From NCBI GenBank assembly GCA_052327205.1, contig CM126203.1, positions 326,802,001 to 326,866,000 on the forward strand: DNA of 64,000 bases, given 5' to 3'. Source of the DNA: Somniosus microcephalus (Eukaryota). Position 1 is the stretch's first letter, and each line of letters starts with the position of its first letter. Of this stretch, positions 35,800-49,938 are shown one piece after another. The notes under the pieces are model-generated. The model did no database searches and was not told where the DNA came from. It saw only the letters and a list, made by a program, of their open reading frames with translations. The translations under genes were made by a program, and so were the position numbers.

Positions 35800-38700
35800 G
35801 CAGATGAAGAAAAGGTTGGACAGGCAGAAAGGGAACGGGTGACCAACAGAGAGTACTAGGCACAGGCAGGTAGTGCAGGGGTCCCCTGTGGACATCCCCC
35901 TCTCAAACAGATACACCACTTTGAGTACTGTTGGGGGGGATGGCTTATCAGAGGAAGGCAGCAGCAGCCAACTTCCTGGCACCAGGGGTGGCTCTGCTGC
36001 ACAGGACAGGAGGAAAGAGGGGTAGAGCTATAGTAATAGGGGATTCTATTGTAAGGGGAATCGATAGGCGTTTCTGCGGCCGCAAACGAGACTCTAGGAT
36101 GGTGTGTTGCCTCCCTGGTGCAAGGGTCAAGGATGTCTCAGAGCGGCTGCAGAACATCTTGGAAGGGGAGGGTGAACAGCCAGTTGTCGTGCTGCATATA
36201 GGTACAGGAAACGTTCGTTTAACCGGAGGTTAAAAGTCTGGAAAGCTCTATCTACCGGCAAAATTCAGGAGCCGCTTTCTATAAGTTTTTTTTTTACTTC
36301 TCGTTGCTTTCTCGTTCCCCAGTCAGGCTCTGCAAGGTCTGTAGCTAAGCAACAGCTTCAGCTAGAGACGTTTGCAGCTGCAGCCGACTGTTTTGAAGCT
36401 GTTGCTAAGCAACAGGGTTTGGTGATTCACACGGAGCTGAAAAGCTCTATGTTTTAACATTGCCGCTGGTTTATACGGCAGTTTTGATCTAACGGTACCA
36501 GCTCGGTCCCGTCAGTGCCGGATACCAGAAAGTTTCCTGTACCAACGATATAGGTAAAAACCAGGATGAGGTGCTAAAAGCTGAATATAGGGAGTTAGGA
36601 GGTAAATTTAAAAAATAGGACCTCAAAGGTAGTAATCTCAGGATTGCTACCAGTGCCACCTGCTAGTCAGAGTAGAAATAGAAGGATATTTCAGATGAAT
36701 ATGTGGCTAGAGGAATGGTGCAAGGGGGAGGGATTCAAATTCCTGGGACATTGGAACCGGTTCTGGGGGAGGTGGGACCAGTTCAAACCGGACGGTTTGC
36801 ACCTGGGCAGGGCTGGGACCAATGTCCTAGGGGGAGTGTTTGCTAGTGCTCTGGGGGAGGGTTTAAACTAAACTGGCAGGGGGTTGGGAACCTGAGCAAG
36901 GGGACAGAGGAAAGGGAAACAAGGATAAAAGCAAAAGATAGGAAGGAGAAAAACAAAAGTGGCAGTCAGAGAAATCAACGGTTTAAATCAAACATGGCCA
37001 CAGTAAATAATAATTCTAATAGGTCTAAGAGCGTTAAAAAAACAAGCCTGAAGGCTTTGTGTCTTAATGCGAGGAGCATTTGTAATAAGGTGGATGAATT
37101 AGCTGTGCAAATAGAGGTAAACAAATATGATTTGATTGGCATTACGGAAACATGGCTCCAGGGTGGCCAAGCTGGGAACTCAACATCCAGGGGTATTCAA
37201 TATTCAGGAAAGATAGGCAAAAAGGAAAGGGAGGTGGGGTAGCATTGCTGGTTAAAGACGGGATTAACACAATTGTAAGGAAGGATATTAGCTCTGATGA
37301 TGTAGAATCTGTATGGGTAGAACTGAGAAATACCAAGGGGCAGAAAATGTTAGTGGGAGTGGTATATAGATCTCCAAACAGTAATGCGGAGGCTGGGGAT
37401 GGCATTAAAAGGGAAATTAATTAGAGAAGCGTGCAATAAGGGCACAGCAGTCATCCTGGGTGACATTAATCTACATATAGATTGGGCTAACCAAATTAGT
37501 AACAATACTGTGGAGGAGGAATTCCTGGAGTGTTTACGGGATGGTTTCCTGGACCAATATGTCGAGGAACCAACCAGAGATCAGGCCATCTTAGACTGGG
37601 TATTATGTAATGAGAAAGGATTAATTAGCAATCTTGTTGTATGAGGCCCCTTGGGTCGGAGCGATCATAATATGATCGAATTCTTCATTAAGATGGAGAA
37701 TAATGTAGTTGACTCAGAGACTAGGGTCCTCAATTTAAATAAAGGAAACTACGATGGTCTGAGGCGCGAGTTGGGTAGGATTGATTGGGGAATGTCACTC
37801 AAAGGGTTGACGGTGGATAGGCAATGGCAAACATTCAAAGACCGCATGGATGAACTACAGAATTTGTTCATCCCAGTTTGGCATAAAAATAAAACAAAAA
37901 AGGTGACTCAACCATGGCTAACAAGGGAAATTAGGGATAGCATAAGATCCAAGGACAGGACATATAAATTGGCCAGAAAAAGCAGTAAACCTGAGGATTG
38001 GGAGCAGTTTAGGATTCAACAGAGGAGGACAAAGGGATTAATTAAGAAAGGGAAAATTGAATATGAGAGTAAGCTTGCTGGGAACATAAAAACTGACTGT
38101 AAAAGCTTTTATAGATAAGTGAAGAGAAAAAGATTGGTGAAGTCAAGCGTAGGTCCCTTGCAGTCAGAATCAGGGGAATTTATAATGGGGAACAAAGAAA
38201 TGGCCGACCAATTAAATACATATTTTGGTTCTGTCTTCACAAAGGAGGACACAAATAACCTCCCAGAGATGTCGGGGAACAGAGGGTCTGATGAAAGGGA
38301 GGAACTGAAAGAAATCAGTATTTGTAGGGAAATGGTGTTAGGGAAATTGATGGGATTGAAGGCCGATAAATCCCCAGGGCCTGATAATCTACATCCTAGG
38401 GTACTTAAGGAAGTGGCCCTAGAAATAGTAGATGCATTGCTGATCATCTTCCAACATTCGATGGAATCTGGAACAGTACCATGGATTGGAGGGTAGCTCA
38501 TGGTACCTCACTATTCAAAAAAGGTGGTAGAGAAAAAACAGGGAATTACAGACCGGTAAGCCTGACATCGGTAGTGGGGAAAATGCTGGAGTCCAGTATA
38601 AAAGATGTAATAGCAGAGCACTTAGAAAACAGTGATAGGATCGGACAAACTCAACATGGATTTACAAAAGGTAAATCGTGCTTGACTAATCTACTGGAAT

Positions 38701-39917
38701 TTTTTGAGGATGTAACTGGTAAAATAGATAAGGGAGAACCAGTGGATGTGGTGTATTTGGACTTCCAGAAGGCTTTCGATAAGGTCCCGCATAAGAGATT
38801 AGCGTGTACAGTTAAGGCACATGGGATTGGGGGCAAGGTATTGACTTGGATAGAGAACTGGTTGGCAGACAGAAAGCAAAGAGTTGGAATAAAAGGGTCT
38901 TTTTCCGAGTGGCAGGCAGTGACTAGTGTGGTACCGCAGGGATCGGTCCTTGGACCCCAGCTATTCACAATATATATTAATGATCTAGACAAGGGAACTA
39001 GATGTAATATCTCCAAATTTGCAGGCGACACAAAGCTGGGTGGGCGTGTGTGCTGTGAGGAGGATGCCGAGAAACTCCAGGATGAGTTGGACAGGTTGGG
39101 TGATTGGGCAAAAGCATGGCAGATGCAATATAACGTGGATAAATGTGAGGTTATCCACCTTGGTGGCAAAAACAGGAAGGCAGATTATTATCTGAATGGC
39201 AATAGATTGGGAGAAGGGGAAGTGCAATGAGACCTGGGTGCCCTTGTGCACCAGTCGCTGAAGGTAAGCATGCAGGTGCAGCAGGCGGTTAAGAAGGCAA
39301 ATGGTATGTTGGCCTTCGTAGCGAGAGGGTTTGAGTACAAGAACAAGGATGTCTTGCTGCAGTTGTACAGGGCCTTGGTGAGACCACATCTTGAGTATTG
39401 TGTGCAGTTTTGGTCGCTTTATCTGAGGAATGATGTTCTTGCCATGGAAGGAGTTCAGCAAAGATTCACCAGGCTGATACCTGGGATGGCAGGAATGACG
39501 TATGAGGAGAGATTGGGTCGATTGGGCTTGTACTCGCTGGAGTTTAGAAGAATGAGAGGAAATCTCATTGAAACTTATAAAATTCTGACAGGACTGGACA
39601 GACTACATGCAGGAAGGATGTTCCCGATAGTCGGGGAGTCCAGAACCAGGGGTCACAGTCTAAGGATAAGGGGTAGGCCATTTAGGACAGAAATGAGGAG
39701 GAATTTCTTCACCCAGAGAAGGCAGTGGAGTCCAATACATTAAATATATTCAAGAAGGAGTTGGATATATTTCTTAAGGCTAAAGGGATCAAGGGGTATG
39801 GGGAGAAAGCAGGGACCGGGTACTGAATTTGGATGATCAGCCATGATCGCATTGAATGGCGGAGCAGGCTCGAGGGGCCAAATGGCCTACTCCTGCTCCT
39901 ATCTTCTATGTTTCTAT
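35800..39917 (+). mobile_element. Near full-length degenerate CR1 (esterase-type ORF1, endonuclease, RT, tail)
   Basis: ORF1 SGNH-like IVIGDSIVRG...HIGTND...PDGLHL. ORF2 LCLNARSI...ITETWL...SDHNMIEF...RT. Several stops and frameshifts. Confidence 0.93.
36205..36539. mobile_element. Tc1/mariner (pogo/Tigger-like) MITE inserted in CR1 ORF1
   Basis: TA|CAGGAAAC...GTTTCCTG|TA. Removal restores the ORF1 motif HIGT-NDIGK. Confidence 0.85.
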
Positions 39918-40232
39918 GCTTGGTCAAGGAGGTAGGTTTTAAGGAGCGCCTTAAAGGAGGAAAGAGAGGTAGAGAGGCGAAGAGGTTATGGGAGGGAATT
40001 CCAGAGCTTAGGGCCTTGGCAGCGGAAGGCACAGCCACCAATGGTGGAGCGATTAAAATCGGGGATGCTCAAGAGGCCATAAGCGCAGCTATCAGAGATA
40101 GGGAGAGGCGAGGCCATGGAGGGATTTGAAAACAGGATGAAAATTTAAAATTTTAACATAACAGTAAAGAGAAACAAGCTTGCAGTTATAAAATTAAAAC
40201 AGAAAATACAAGCAAAACATGTTGAATACCAT

Positions 40233-40993
40233 GGCCCAGAATTTCCATTCGCAGGCCTCCTGCGGGCGGAGGGCTGCGATCTGGAAGAATCTGCGCTTGG
40301 ACCGGAGGGCTCCCGGGAGGGGCAGAGTTCCGTTGCTGGGCCTCTCCAAATTGCCAGTGCGCAGGGCCCACGTATCCCAGAGGCGCAGGTGGTTCCCAGC
40401 GCCCCTGGGATCACGTGGGCCATGGGGAGCCAATCAGAGAAGGGAATCTCTCCCTTCATACATTTGACAGGAAGACCTGTCAAATATATGAATGGAGATC
40501 ACCCCCAAAACATAGTAAAACTTTAAATAAATTTTAAAAAATACATCACATTTTTAAAATGACTTTAAATTACATAATTAAGTATTTTAAACAAAAATTT
40601 TATTTTTTGAAAAAAATAATTAAAGTTTTTAACGGGGCTAAAAATAAACTTACCTTTCTGTAAAGTATTTTTAAATGATAAATCAGTGGAAATTTTTTTT
40701 TTTTACTTTTTTCAACTCTTATCTTGGTAATAGTAGGCCTTACGCCTGCTTTTACCAGGTGCAAGAATTGTAAAGGTTTTCTGCGGGCGGAGGTTCTCCA
40801 AAAAAAAACAGAACTCTGCGCCCGCGAGGCCCTGCTCCAGTGCAGCCGGAGGATCTGTCAAGATCTTTCTTGACAGATCGAAAATGCCGGTTTCCAGCGC
40901 ATGCGCAGTGCATTTCTAAAACCAGTATTTCCGTTGGCCCTACGGGAGAGTACACAGCGCGTACACACCCGTAGGGACCGGAATTTCTGCCTC
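40233..40993. mobile_element. MITE with AT-rich core
   Basis: Imperfect TIRs GGCCCAGAATTTCC / GGAATTTCTGCCTC, TSD CAT. Related in reverse orientation to 54598-55337. Confidence 0.7.
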
Positions 40994-41171
40994 CATGTTT
41001 TCAAATAGCAAAAGGTGAAAGGTCTAAATACTATAGTGAATAGAATTTTGTGTTCCACCAACGTGGGCTTACATGATGTTGTACTTTTACACACCAACCT
41101 CTGCTTACATAAATGAATTAAGTGGCGCGCCCCTAAGTTGACCTTTGTTCCCATACCACGCCTTACTGTAC

Positions 41172-42044
41172 CTCTGAAAGGTTTACTGCAGTGAACATCT
41201 TCCACCTCTTCAGTATTACAGTGGGCAAACCGAGCAGTATGCAAAGGTGTTCTTCGTAAAGTGCCACTAACGCCACGCTCTGTGTGCTTATGAAATGTTC
41301 GGTCTGCACTCTCTAAATAATTGGCAAAGTGCTTCTTTTTTGGTGTATATCTAGCAGCACCAGAGTATAGTCTGGGGTCTGTGAGCTCAGTCTCATATCG
41401 AGTTGGTAACAGATACTCCCTTTGATTCAATGCTCCCTGACCACATGAATCAGAGTCCAGGTCACAGTCTTGAAGCCAGCCGGGGTACTTCAGCTCAGGG
41501 ATGCTACTTATCCCAGAGACACCCAGCTCTGATTTTTGGCTGGTTAACCATCTCGGATAATTCTGCCGGGAAATGGAGTTAAATCTATGTTTTCTGAATC
41601 TGCAGTCTTCCACAGGAAGGGATGGTGAAATGGAAGGAGTCATGTATTTATCTTCCTCTTGTGGCGTCGTTCTTAGATGCGAGAATCGAGATGGTTTGAG
41701 GCCAGCAGTCCGGTTTAGTGGGCTATAACCAACTCTCTCACAAAGCAATGCAAAGCTGTCATCTCTCTTATGGTGCCAATCCTCAGAATATTCGGGAGAG
41801 GGCTTTGGAGCATGCTTGGTAGATGTATAGGAAGAGCTTTGGTTGAAGTGGCTTTCCAAATGCTGTCTAGTCTGTGGTAAGCACCGCAGCACAGAGGATT
41901 GAGTCAATGGTAAAGAGCCATCTGGTGGCATACCCAAAAGGTCATCAGTGGTGAGGCTCGCAAGATCCGGATCACTAGCTATCCGCCTCCTCAAAGGCCG
42001 ACTGGGAAAATCCAAATCCTTGAAGGGATGTCGTTCTCTGAAAA
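41172..42044 (-). CDS. C18orf54: C18orf54/LAS2 large internal coding exon (873 nt)
   Basis: Acceptor ttgttttgtag|TT (phase 1). Open frame with SLTTDDLLGMPPDGS (LAS2 SLTTDDLLRLPADGS) and NYPRWLTSQKSELGVSGISSIPELKYPGWL. Donor G|GTACAG (phase 1). Confidence 0.9.
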
Positions 42045-42120
42045 CTACAAAACAAATTAAGGGCTGGTTATTTATCAACAACTGTATTTAACTCCCTCAA
42101 TAGCTCAGTGGACAAATATA

Positions 42121-42823
42121 GGCCTGGAAATTCGGGCGCGCCTATTTTTGGATGCCTTACCCGCAAAGCGTTAACAGCCCACACTCGAATGGGGAGGTCC
42201 AAGGAGCCCCGGAGTTTAGGCCTCGGACCTCACCATAATGTAGATGGCGCTGTGGTAGGAGCCTGCACAGGTTAGTGCTCCAATTTACAGGTAAGTGATT
42301 GGATTGGATTGTGGGGGTCTGGAGGAGGAACGGGAGGGCCGGAGGAGTCTGTGACCGAGGTTTGGTGGAGGATCGGATAGGACAAATCGCAGAGCTCGGG
42401 AGTGCTGTCAGGGGGTCAGAACTGCTGTCGGGCAGAGGGGCTAGGAGGTTAGATCAGGGGGCCTGGAGGATGGAGTCGGGAGTGAGGTCAGAGATGTTGG
42501 GACCAGGAGCGGGGGTGAATATGGTAAGTACTTACCTTTTTTTTTAAATTTATGTGCTGTTTAGCTTTGGTTTTCCCCAGAGGCAATCAGCACTGGCTCA
42601 GGGCAAACCAAAGTTGCAGCAGGGACCAGAAACAGACATTAGGCCCCTTATTTACATATCCTCAGACGTGGGTAAAGGACACCGCTTGTTTTTCCTTTAC
42701 CAAGATGGCATCTGGCACGGGTCGCGGCAGAAGTGTGCGTGCGCGCATCGGACGCCATTTTGGTCCCCAAACGGCACCCACAGCGCTCAAAAAACGGGCG
42801 CTACCGATCCCAATTTTGCACCT
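42121..42823. mobile_element. Degenerate MITE
   Basis: GGCCTGGAAATTCGGG ... CCCAATTTTGCACCT termini in TATA contexts; interrupts a SINE-like head. Confidence 0.55.
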
Positions 42824-43315
42824 ATAGTGTGCAGTCTGAAACTAAGTCATACAGAACAGAATGGTCCAGTACGTACAGAGTTAGCAGATGTCAGCAGACG
42901 TAGCAGTATGGGCAGGTTTGGGGCGGGGGAGAAGAGAAAATAAAATTCAGCCAGGGTTCCTGCTGCTGGTCACTACCCAGTAACCCCTGTTGGGGCCTAA
43001 GCATGTGTGGACACAAGGTGGACAGAATCAGGTTTTCCTGTGACCCAGATAGTTGAATAACTGCTAGCACTCACTGGCTTGGCTTACAGATGAAGAATGG
43101 GCTCCTGGTCAAAGTATTGAGGCTGGTTGGTGCAATTGTACTCAGGCATAAGTCAATACCTTCAGGAGAGGAAAGGAGTAAATGGAAAAACAAAAGACTG
43201 CCTATTAACTTGGGAGGTGGTAGTCTATATTATTGAAAACATAAAAAAGTAAAAAATGTTTACATTTTGGTAAGAATGTGAATTTGCACAATATGAGGGT
43301 GACTTTAAAAATATA

Positions 43316-44010
43316 GGCCTAGAAATTCAGTGGCCTGCGCCACCAGTTTGCGCCCAAAGAGGGCTTTTGCGCCAGTCTGCAAACTTCAGGCGAAATTCAG
43401 CGGGGCGCTAATGGCGGCGTTAGGCTGTAGCGCTGCGCCGCCACCGATGACGTCATCGGTGTGCGCAGCGCCCCGTTTCCGCGAAGAACGCCATATTAAG
43501 TCGCGCCCACCTCTTCAGCGCCGGCCGCAAACAGCGACCGGTACACAGGGCCTACCTGTGGCGGTAGTGGCAGTAATTAAAGTGGAGGTGCGGCCGGCCG
43601 CTTTTTCGGCGGCCACCTGCCCGCACCTCCTTCCCCGGCCTCCTCCACCACCCCACCCCCCCCCGCGGCATTGCCGGCTGGTTTCCGGGAGCCCGGCACT
43701 TCTCCGTTCTGCCGGGCTCTTTTGCCGGCACTCGCGATCGGGGCTCCGGCTGCTGCAGGCACCTCCCCCTGAAGAGAGGGAGGAAGGCCTGCAGTACCGC
43801 AGCCTGCCGCTCCGCTGCGGGTGGCGCTGCGGCCACTAGCGCGCCGATAATCAGTTTCAGCGCCCAAGCGGGGCGCCAAAACCCCTGTTTAGTGGCCGCC
43901 TTCCACTTGGTGCGCTGACACTGAATATCCCGCTTGCGCAAGTGGATCCGCGCGCAGCGGTAATTCCGGCGCCCAGGCGAGCTGGGCGCCCCATAATGAA
44001 TTTCTAGGCC
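43316..44010. mobile_element. GC-rich MITE (PIF/Harbinger-like)
   Basis: Same TIRs and TSD ATA; internal similarity to 30190-30879. Confidence 0.9.
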
Positions 44011-45081
44011 ATAATACCTAAAATAATTCATCTTATACTTAGAATAAAATTTGGCTACAAACATTTAATAAAAGTAGTAGTCACCCTCCCACCTTGTAGT
44101 CTTTTACTTCCCAAAAAAGGAAAAACAATGGGTGTTCAAAAGTAACCAGGAGTGGGTTGACGCAAGATTTTACACTTGTGACATTTTATAAGATAACATG
44201 CACAAATAAACAAGCTTAGAAGGAATACATTTGCAACCTCCTTAATGTTTCCCTATATTACAAGTGACTGCACAAGTACTTCACTAGTTGTAACGTGCTT
44301 TGGGATGTCCTAAGGTTGTGAAAGGCACTATATAAATGCAAGTTCTTTCTTATAGTAGCAAAAATGGAAGAACTGGAAAAAAACAGCAGACCTTCTAGGG
44401 AATAGGCAGAGGTCAAAAACACCTCCCTTTTTTAAGCTCTGGTCACAAATTATAACTGCATCACAAGCACCCACAAGTTAGTGGTCATAGGGTTGGCAGC
44501 AATAAAAATTAAGAGACAAACCATAAGTATATAAAGGTCCACATCTATCCATAAAAAATTAGAATGGATATAAATCTACATGTGGAAGAGAGTTAAATGA
44601 AGTCAAGTGACTAAATGCACCATGTGGTGTGATACTGAACCATACAGACCAGAAAAGTCCCATTTTATTCCCCCAAGTTAGCTGATCAGAGCCAAAGCAG
44701 CATTAGATTAGCTAAAATTGACTTCCATTTCATTAAGCTGGGGAGGGGAAAGAAATTAGCCAGTTCCCACTTCTGGCCACTGTCTAGCAACCTATGTGGG
44801 AAGATGCATGTGAGTGTACAGGAAGGGAGTTGCTTGTGTTGGCCACATGGTAAAATAGCCTGCCAACACTTACTCTTTGGCCTCAGAAGTGAGTGAGGTT
44901 GTGGAGGGTGACAGACACCTCCTCCCCACGGAACTATACCTCTGCAAGGGTCAGTGCCTTCTGGAGAGGTGGGGAGTCTCTTCATGGTAACAAAACAAAA
45001 AAGTCTGAATTTTGGTCTCAGAATTTCTAATTTCACAGCAATTTGGCCCTGGATGGAAGAAGGAAAGTCAAATGTTCTTAC

Positions 45082-45358
45082 CCTCTTTCTTGCTGTGTGG
45101 AGAAGTGGAAAATGGTTTGGAACTGCTCCCCAAATGCAGTTTGTTTGCACTTCCTGTGGGGGACGACAGCCTCTTTTCAAAGTTATCAATGTAAGCTTCC
45201 AGGGCCTCAGATGCTGACTGGTAAGTTCTACCTCTGTAGAGGATGGAGCTGTGAAAATGATCAGAACTGCTCAGGTGACCAGCACTGGTCAATAATCTAG
45301 ATATAGTAGATTCAGGAGAATGGAAGTCCACTCCATCGTTCATGTTGATCGTTGACAT
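45082..45358 (-). CDS. C18orf54: C18orf54/LAS2 (lung adenoma susceptibility protein 2) first coding exon
   Basis: ATG at 45358. Translates MSTINMNDGVDFHSPESTISRLLTS...ILYRGRTYQSASEALEAYIDNFE, resembling the LAS2 N-terminus as recalled (SQESSVSALL...YKDKLYRSASQALQAYIDDFD). Ends G|GTAAGA (phase 1). Confidence 0.9.
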
Positions 45359-48039
45359 CACATCCTGTGGTTTTGCCTCACCTTAACGCATCAAAAAGAA
45401 AAAAATGATACAGTATATGATTTTGTTGTTCTGTTGCAAAGCATTTTCAACAACTTACAAAGAAGGAAGTATTTGGGAAGATGCAGTAATTGCACTGGGA
45501 CAGACAGGAGTGGAACCATGAACGAGTTGTGCTATGAAGCAGACAGCAGAGATGAAGCCCCAGTGGAGGGGAATGGAGTGGGCAATCGTTTTGAAGACAG
45601 CAAACACGTCAAGTTGGGAAATCAAGCCATGTTCAGTCGTACAGATTGTCCTTATTAACTTTGACCAGAGGAGATTGGGCACTATGGGCAGATAGAAAAC
45701 CATTTTGATGAGCTGAAACAGGGGGTGCTGGGGGATGTGAGCATGTGACTGCTTGGCAATGGTGTACTCAAGGACCTTGAAGGGACCGAGTATACACTTT
45801 GCTTGAGCGGGTAATAAGTGTTCTTAAAACATTCACTGTTGCAGGCAATAACAGCATTTAAAGGGTCTGTTTGGCTCAATTGGCAGCACTCTCAGCTATG
45901 AGCGGGAGGCTATGGGTTCAAGCCCCTGTCCGGGACACAACAGTGCAGCACTGAGGGTGTGCTACTTTGTTGGAGGCGCCACCTTTTGAGATAAACTCAG
46001 GTCCTGTCTGCCTGCCTGTTGAGGCCAAGATCCGATCAGCCACGATCTTACTGAATGGCGGAGCAGGCTCGAGGGGCCAAATGACCAACTCCTGCTCCTA
46101 CGTCTTATGTTCTTATGTTCCGATGGAATTAAAAGACCCCAAAGCACTATTTGAAGAGTTCTCCATTCCTACCTGTACTAAAACCACCAAAAACAAATTA
46201 ACTGGTCATTTGATCTCTGTGGGACAATGCTGTGCACAAATTGTTTTCAATTTCTTTCCAATTATTCTATCATCTATTCAGTGGACAGGGCAGGATTGCT
46301 AAATGAGTATGAAGATATCGGATGTACAGGGAAGACTGGAGATTAATGAAGGGGAGAAACTTGTAGACATTAATATAAACAGAACAATTATTATGAAATC
46401 GCTGAGTCCCCCACCATCAACATCCTGGGAGTCACCATTGATCAGAAACTCAACTGGACCAGCCACATCAATGCTGTGGCTGGGGGAGCAGATCAGACTG
46501 GGTATTCTGTGGTGAGTGGCTCACCTCCTGACTCCCCAAAGCCTCGCTATCACCTACAAGGCACGAGTGTGATGCCATACTCTCCACGTGCCTGGATGGG
46601 TGCAGCTCCAACAACAGGTAAGAAGCTCGACACTATGCAGGACAAAGCAGTCCGCTTGATCGGCAGCCCATCTGCTCTCTCCACTGTCAGTGTACTCTCT
46701 ACAGAATGCGCTGCGGCAACTCGCCAAAGCTTCTTTGGCAGCATCTCCCAAACCCATGCGCTTCACCACTAGAATGACAAGGGCAGCAGGGGCATGGGAA
46801 CACCATTACCTCCAAGTTCTCCAAATCACACACCATCCTGACTTGGACATATATCGTCATTCCTTCATTGTAGCTGGGATATTTGAAAAGGATACGAAGA
46901 GCGAGCTTAGAAATGGAATTAGCGTCCTGCAATGTTGTAATTTCTATAATTTACGTCCTTCTTCTCTTCTATTGCCATAAGTAAGTCTGTTTTTAATGGA
47001 TCCATTTCCTCCTTAAACAGTCTCTTTTTCATTATGTCCTTAAAATAAGAACACTTACCACTATTCTACACCCTTACATAATTTGTTCAATACTGATTCT
47101 AACCATACTAGTAGCCAATACTTTCATCACCCCAGAGGTTCCCCTTTTGCCCTTCAGGGGTGTACTTATTTTGTAATTAATTGATCTCCTGCAGATTTAT
47201 CAACTAATAATTTTGCCCAACTATTCTAGTCAATTATTTTCTTATCTTTTTAAAGTTAGCCTTGTTTAAGTCCAACATTTTAATTTATGACCCTCCTTTC
47301 TCCTTTTCCAGCCGTCTAGTGAATTCAATTCTTATAGTCACCATTCCCCCTTCTGACCACATTGCCAACCATTTCTTATAACTAAATCAAATCTGATAAC
47401 TAAATCAAATATTACTTACTCCCTTTTGTCTGGTTGAAGAAATGCTGTTTTGAAAAACTATCTTCACTGCGTTCTATAAATCTGTTCCCTTTCCTACTTG
47501 TGCAGGTATTTATCTCCCAAAGTAAATGCAGGATATAATGACCCAGCACTGCCACATTTTTTCCTCTTACAGACCTCCTTGATCTGCCTATATGCATATT
47601 TCTCCACGTCATCAGAGTCAAGAGCTCTATAAATAATCCTTCCACCATTTTGTATCTTTACCCGTATTGATTCCAACCTGCGGATTATTCTCATTTAGAT
47701 TCCTTTCTATGACCACAATGGTATATGTTATTAATACAGGTCCTCGCCCCCACTTTTTCTTTTCCTATCCTTTCTAAAAATTGAAATCTCCTTTAGTAAG
47801 ATTTTGGCCAAACGACAAGGTTTTAAACTCTATTTACCTCATGATAAGAGGCACATTTGTTTACTTTTCCCTTTAAGCTTCTTAAAGCTAAATCACAAAC
47901 AATTTATATCTACAACAGCTAACACCATTAAGCTCTACTAGCCTCAGTCTATCCTGCTGAAAATAGCAGCCGGGTAATATGACAGTCCCCTGCAATTGCT
48001 TCCTCCTACTGGAAATTAATGGCAAATTCTATTTTATTT

Positions 48040-49938
48040 TGTAACATGTAATCCTGAAGGAGTTGTTCGCTTAATTTTAAAATAACTAATTATATTAAAA
48101 AAAGCTCACAATAAACTTGTGGTAAACCACTGTTGTTGTTGTTGTTGTTACACACTGTTGTACCTATGCATGCCTCAACATGTCTCGGCTGGCTCCACCC
48201 ACACAGGCCCAGGTATAAAGGTGATTGACCTGCAGCCCCCTGCCTTCTTGGAACCCAGTCAACCACAAGAGGCATGCTCTGTTCTTTGCTAATAAAAGCC
48301 TTTAGTTACTCTCTTAACTCTCGGTCTTTTATGAGTAATTGATAGCGCATCAATTTTATTAGCAAAAACAAAATGTCGACATTTGCTGAACAGCAGGCTG
48401 CTGCACCAAACGCTGAACAGCAGGAGCTGCTGCGAGCCCTCAGACCAACATGCCTGGACCTAGACCCCCAAGAAGCGGGTTCGGCTACCAAATTCGCGCA
48501 TTGGCTGCGTTGCTTCGAGGCCTACCTGCAAGCCTCAACTGTGACCCTGGACGAAAACAAGTTGGAAATCCTGGCCTCAAAGGTGAGCCACCAAGTTTAT
48601 ACAATAATCCAGGACGCGACGACCTACGCGGCGGCTATCGATCTGTTAAAAGGGCAATACGCACGCCCGGTAAATACGGTCTATGCCCGGCACCTCTTAA
48701 GATCCCGCAGACAGCAGCCCGGGGAATCGGTGGAGGCCTTCCTACGGGCACTACGGATACTCGGCTGAGACTGCGATTGCAAAGAAGCATCAGCCGCAGC
48801 ACACACGGAGGGACTGATCCGAGATGCTTTCGTTGCGGGTCTAAGGTCCGACTACTCCCGGCAGAGACTGTTGGAAAAGGGAGAAATGGACCTGAGAAAG
48901 GCAGTGTCCCTCGCGCTCTCGCTCGACGCGGCCCACAGGAATATGGACGCCTTCTCCCCTAACCGCTCCGCAACGTGGACGCCACAACCTTGGGTCATGG
49001 GACCGCCACCTTCAACTGCTGCTGCGATGTCCAAGGCACAGAAATGTTATTTTTGTGGCCAGGCAAAACACCCCAGAGCACGCTGCCCGGCGAGAAACGC
49101 TACCTGCTCCGGCTGCAGGAAGAAAGGACACTATGTCAGCGCCTGCAAAGGTAAAACCGCTAACGCCAGCAGCGCCGCGTGCGAACCGTGGGGGCAGCCA
49201 TCTTGTCCGCCATCTTGGGCTCCCCCAGCCGCGTGGGGATCGGGACCATGGGCGCCGCCATTTTGTCCGCCATCTCGGACGTCGCCAACTTCAACCACGG
49301 GGGACCCGGACTCAACCACCGCCTCATCTGACGACCACATCGACTCGCTCGACCATACGCTGGCCTCTGTGACGCTGGACCAATCTCTCCCTCATCAACT
49401 GTCCAGGTCCATGATGGACATTAAGGTAAATGGCCGCGCCACTACCTGCCTTTTTGACAGCGGGAGCACGGAAAGCTTTATCCACCCCGACACGGTGCGC
49501 AGTTACTCTCTCCCGGTCCTGCCGACGCGACATCGGATCTCTTTGGCTTCCAAAGCCCAGTCAGCGGACGTCGGTGGCTACTGTGTAGTGACCCTTTCAG
49601 TAAGGGGCACAGAATACAAAAATTTTAAACTCCTGGTCCTGCCCCATCTTTGCGCTGCCGTTCTACTGGGGTTGGATTTTCAGTGCCACCTTAAGAGTGT
49701 CACATTAGCGTACGACGGACCCCTCCCCCCACTCACAGTCTGCAGCCAGCAGCTTTTAAACCGCCCGCCGCGCACCATTTGCAGCCTCTCCACCCTTAAA
49801 GACCCCCCCCTCCTTGTTCGCTAACCTCACCCGCGACTGTAAGCCCATCGCTACCAAAAGCAGGCGTTACAGTGCCGGGGATAGGAGCTTCATTAAATCC
49901 GAGGTAGCAAGACTCCTGAAGGAAGGGATTATTGAAAG
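48040..49938 (+). mobile_element. Gypsy LTR retrotransposon (Mag-like): putative 5' LTR, gag, protease, start of RT
   Basis: LTR-like segment with TATAAA and AATAAA ending ...GCGCATCA near 48351 (left edge uncertain). gag from 48373 has an internal stop and two Zn knuckles (CYFCGQAKHPRARC, CSGCRKKGHYVSAC). Protease LFDSGSTESFI. RT start EVARLLKEGIIES. Confidence 0.88.

Noticed and set aside
40858-41171. C-terminal extension of the 407-aa ORF
   Set aside because: It lies past the splice donor at 41171 and runs into a MITE, so it is intron read-through.
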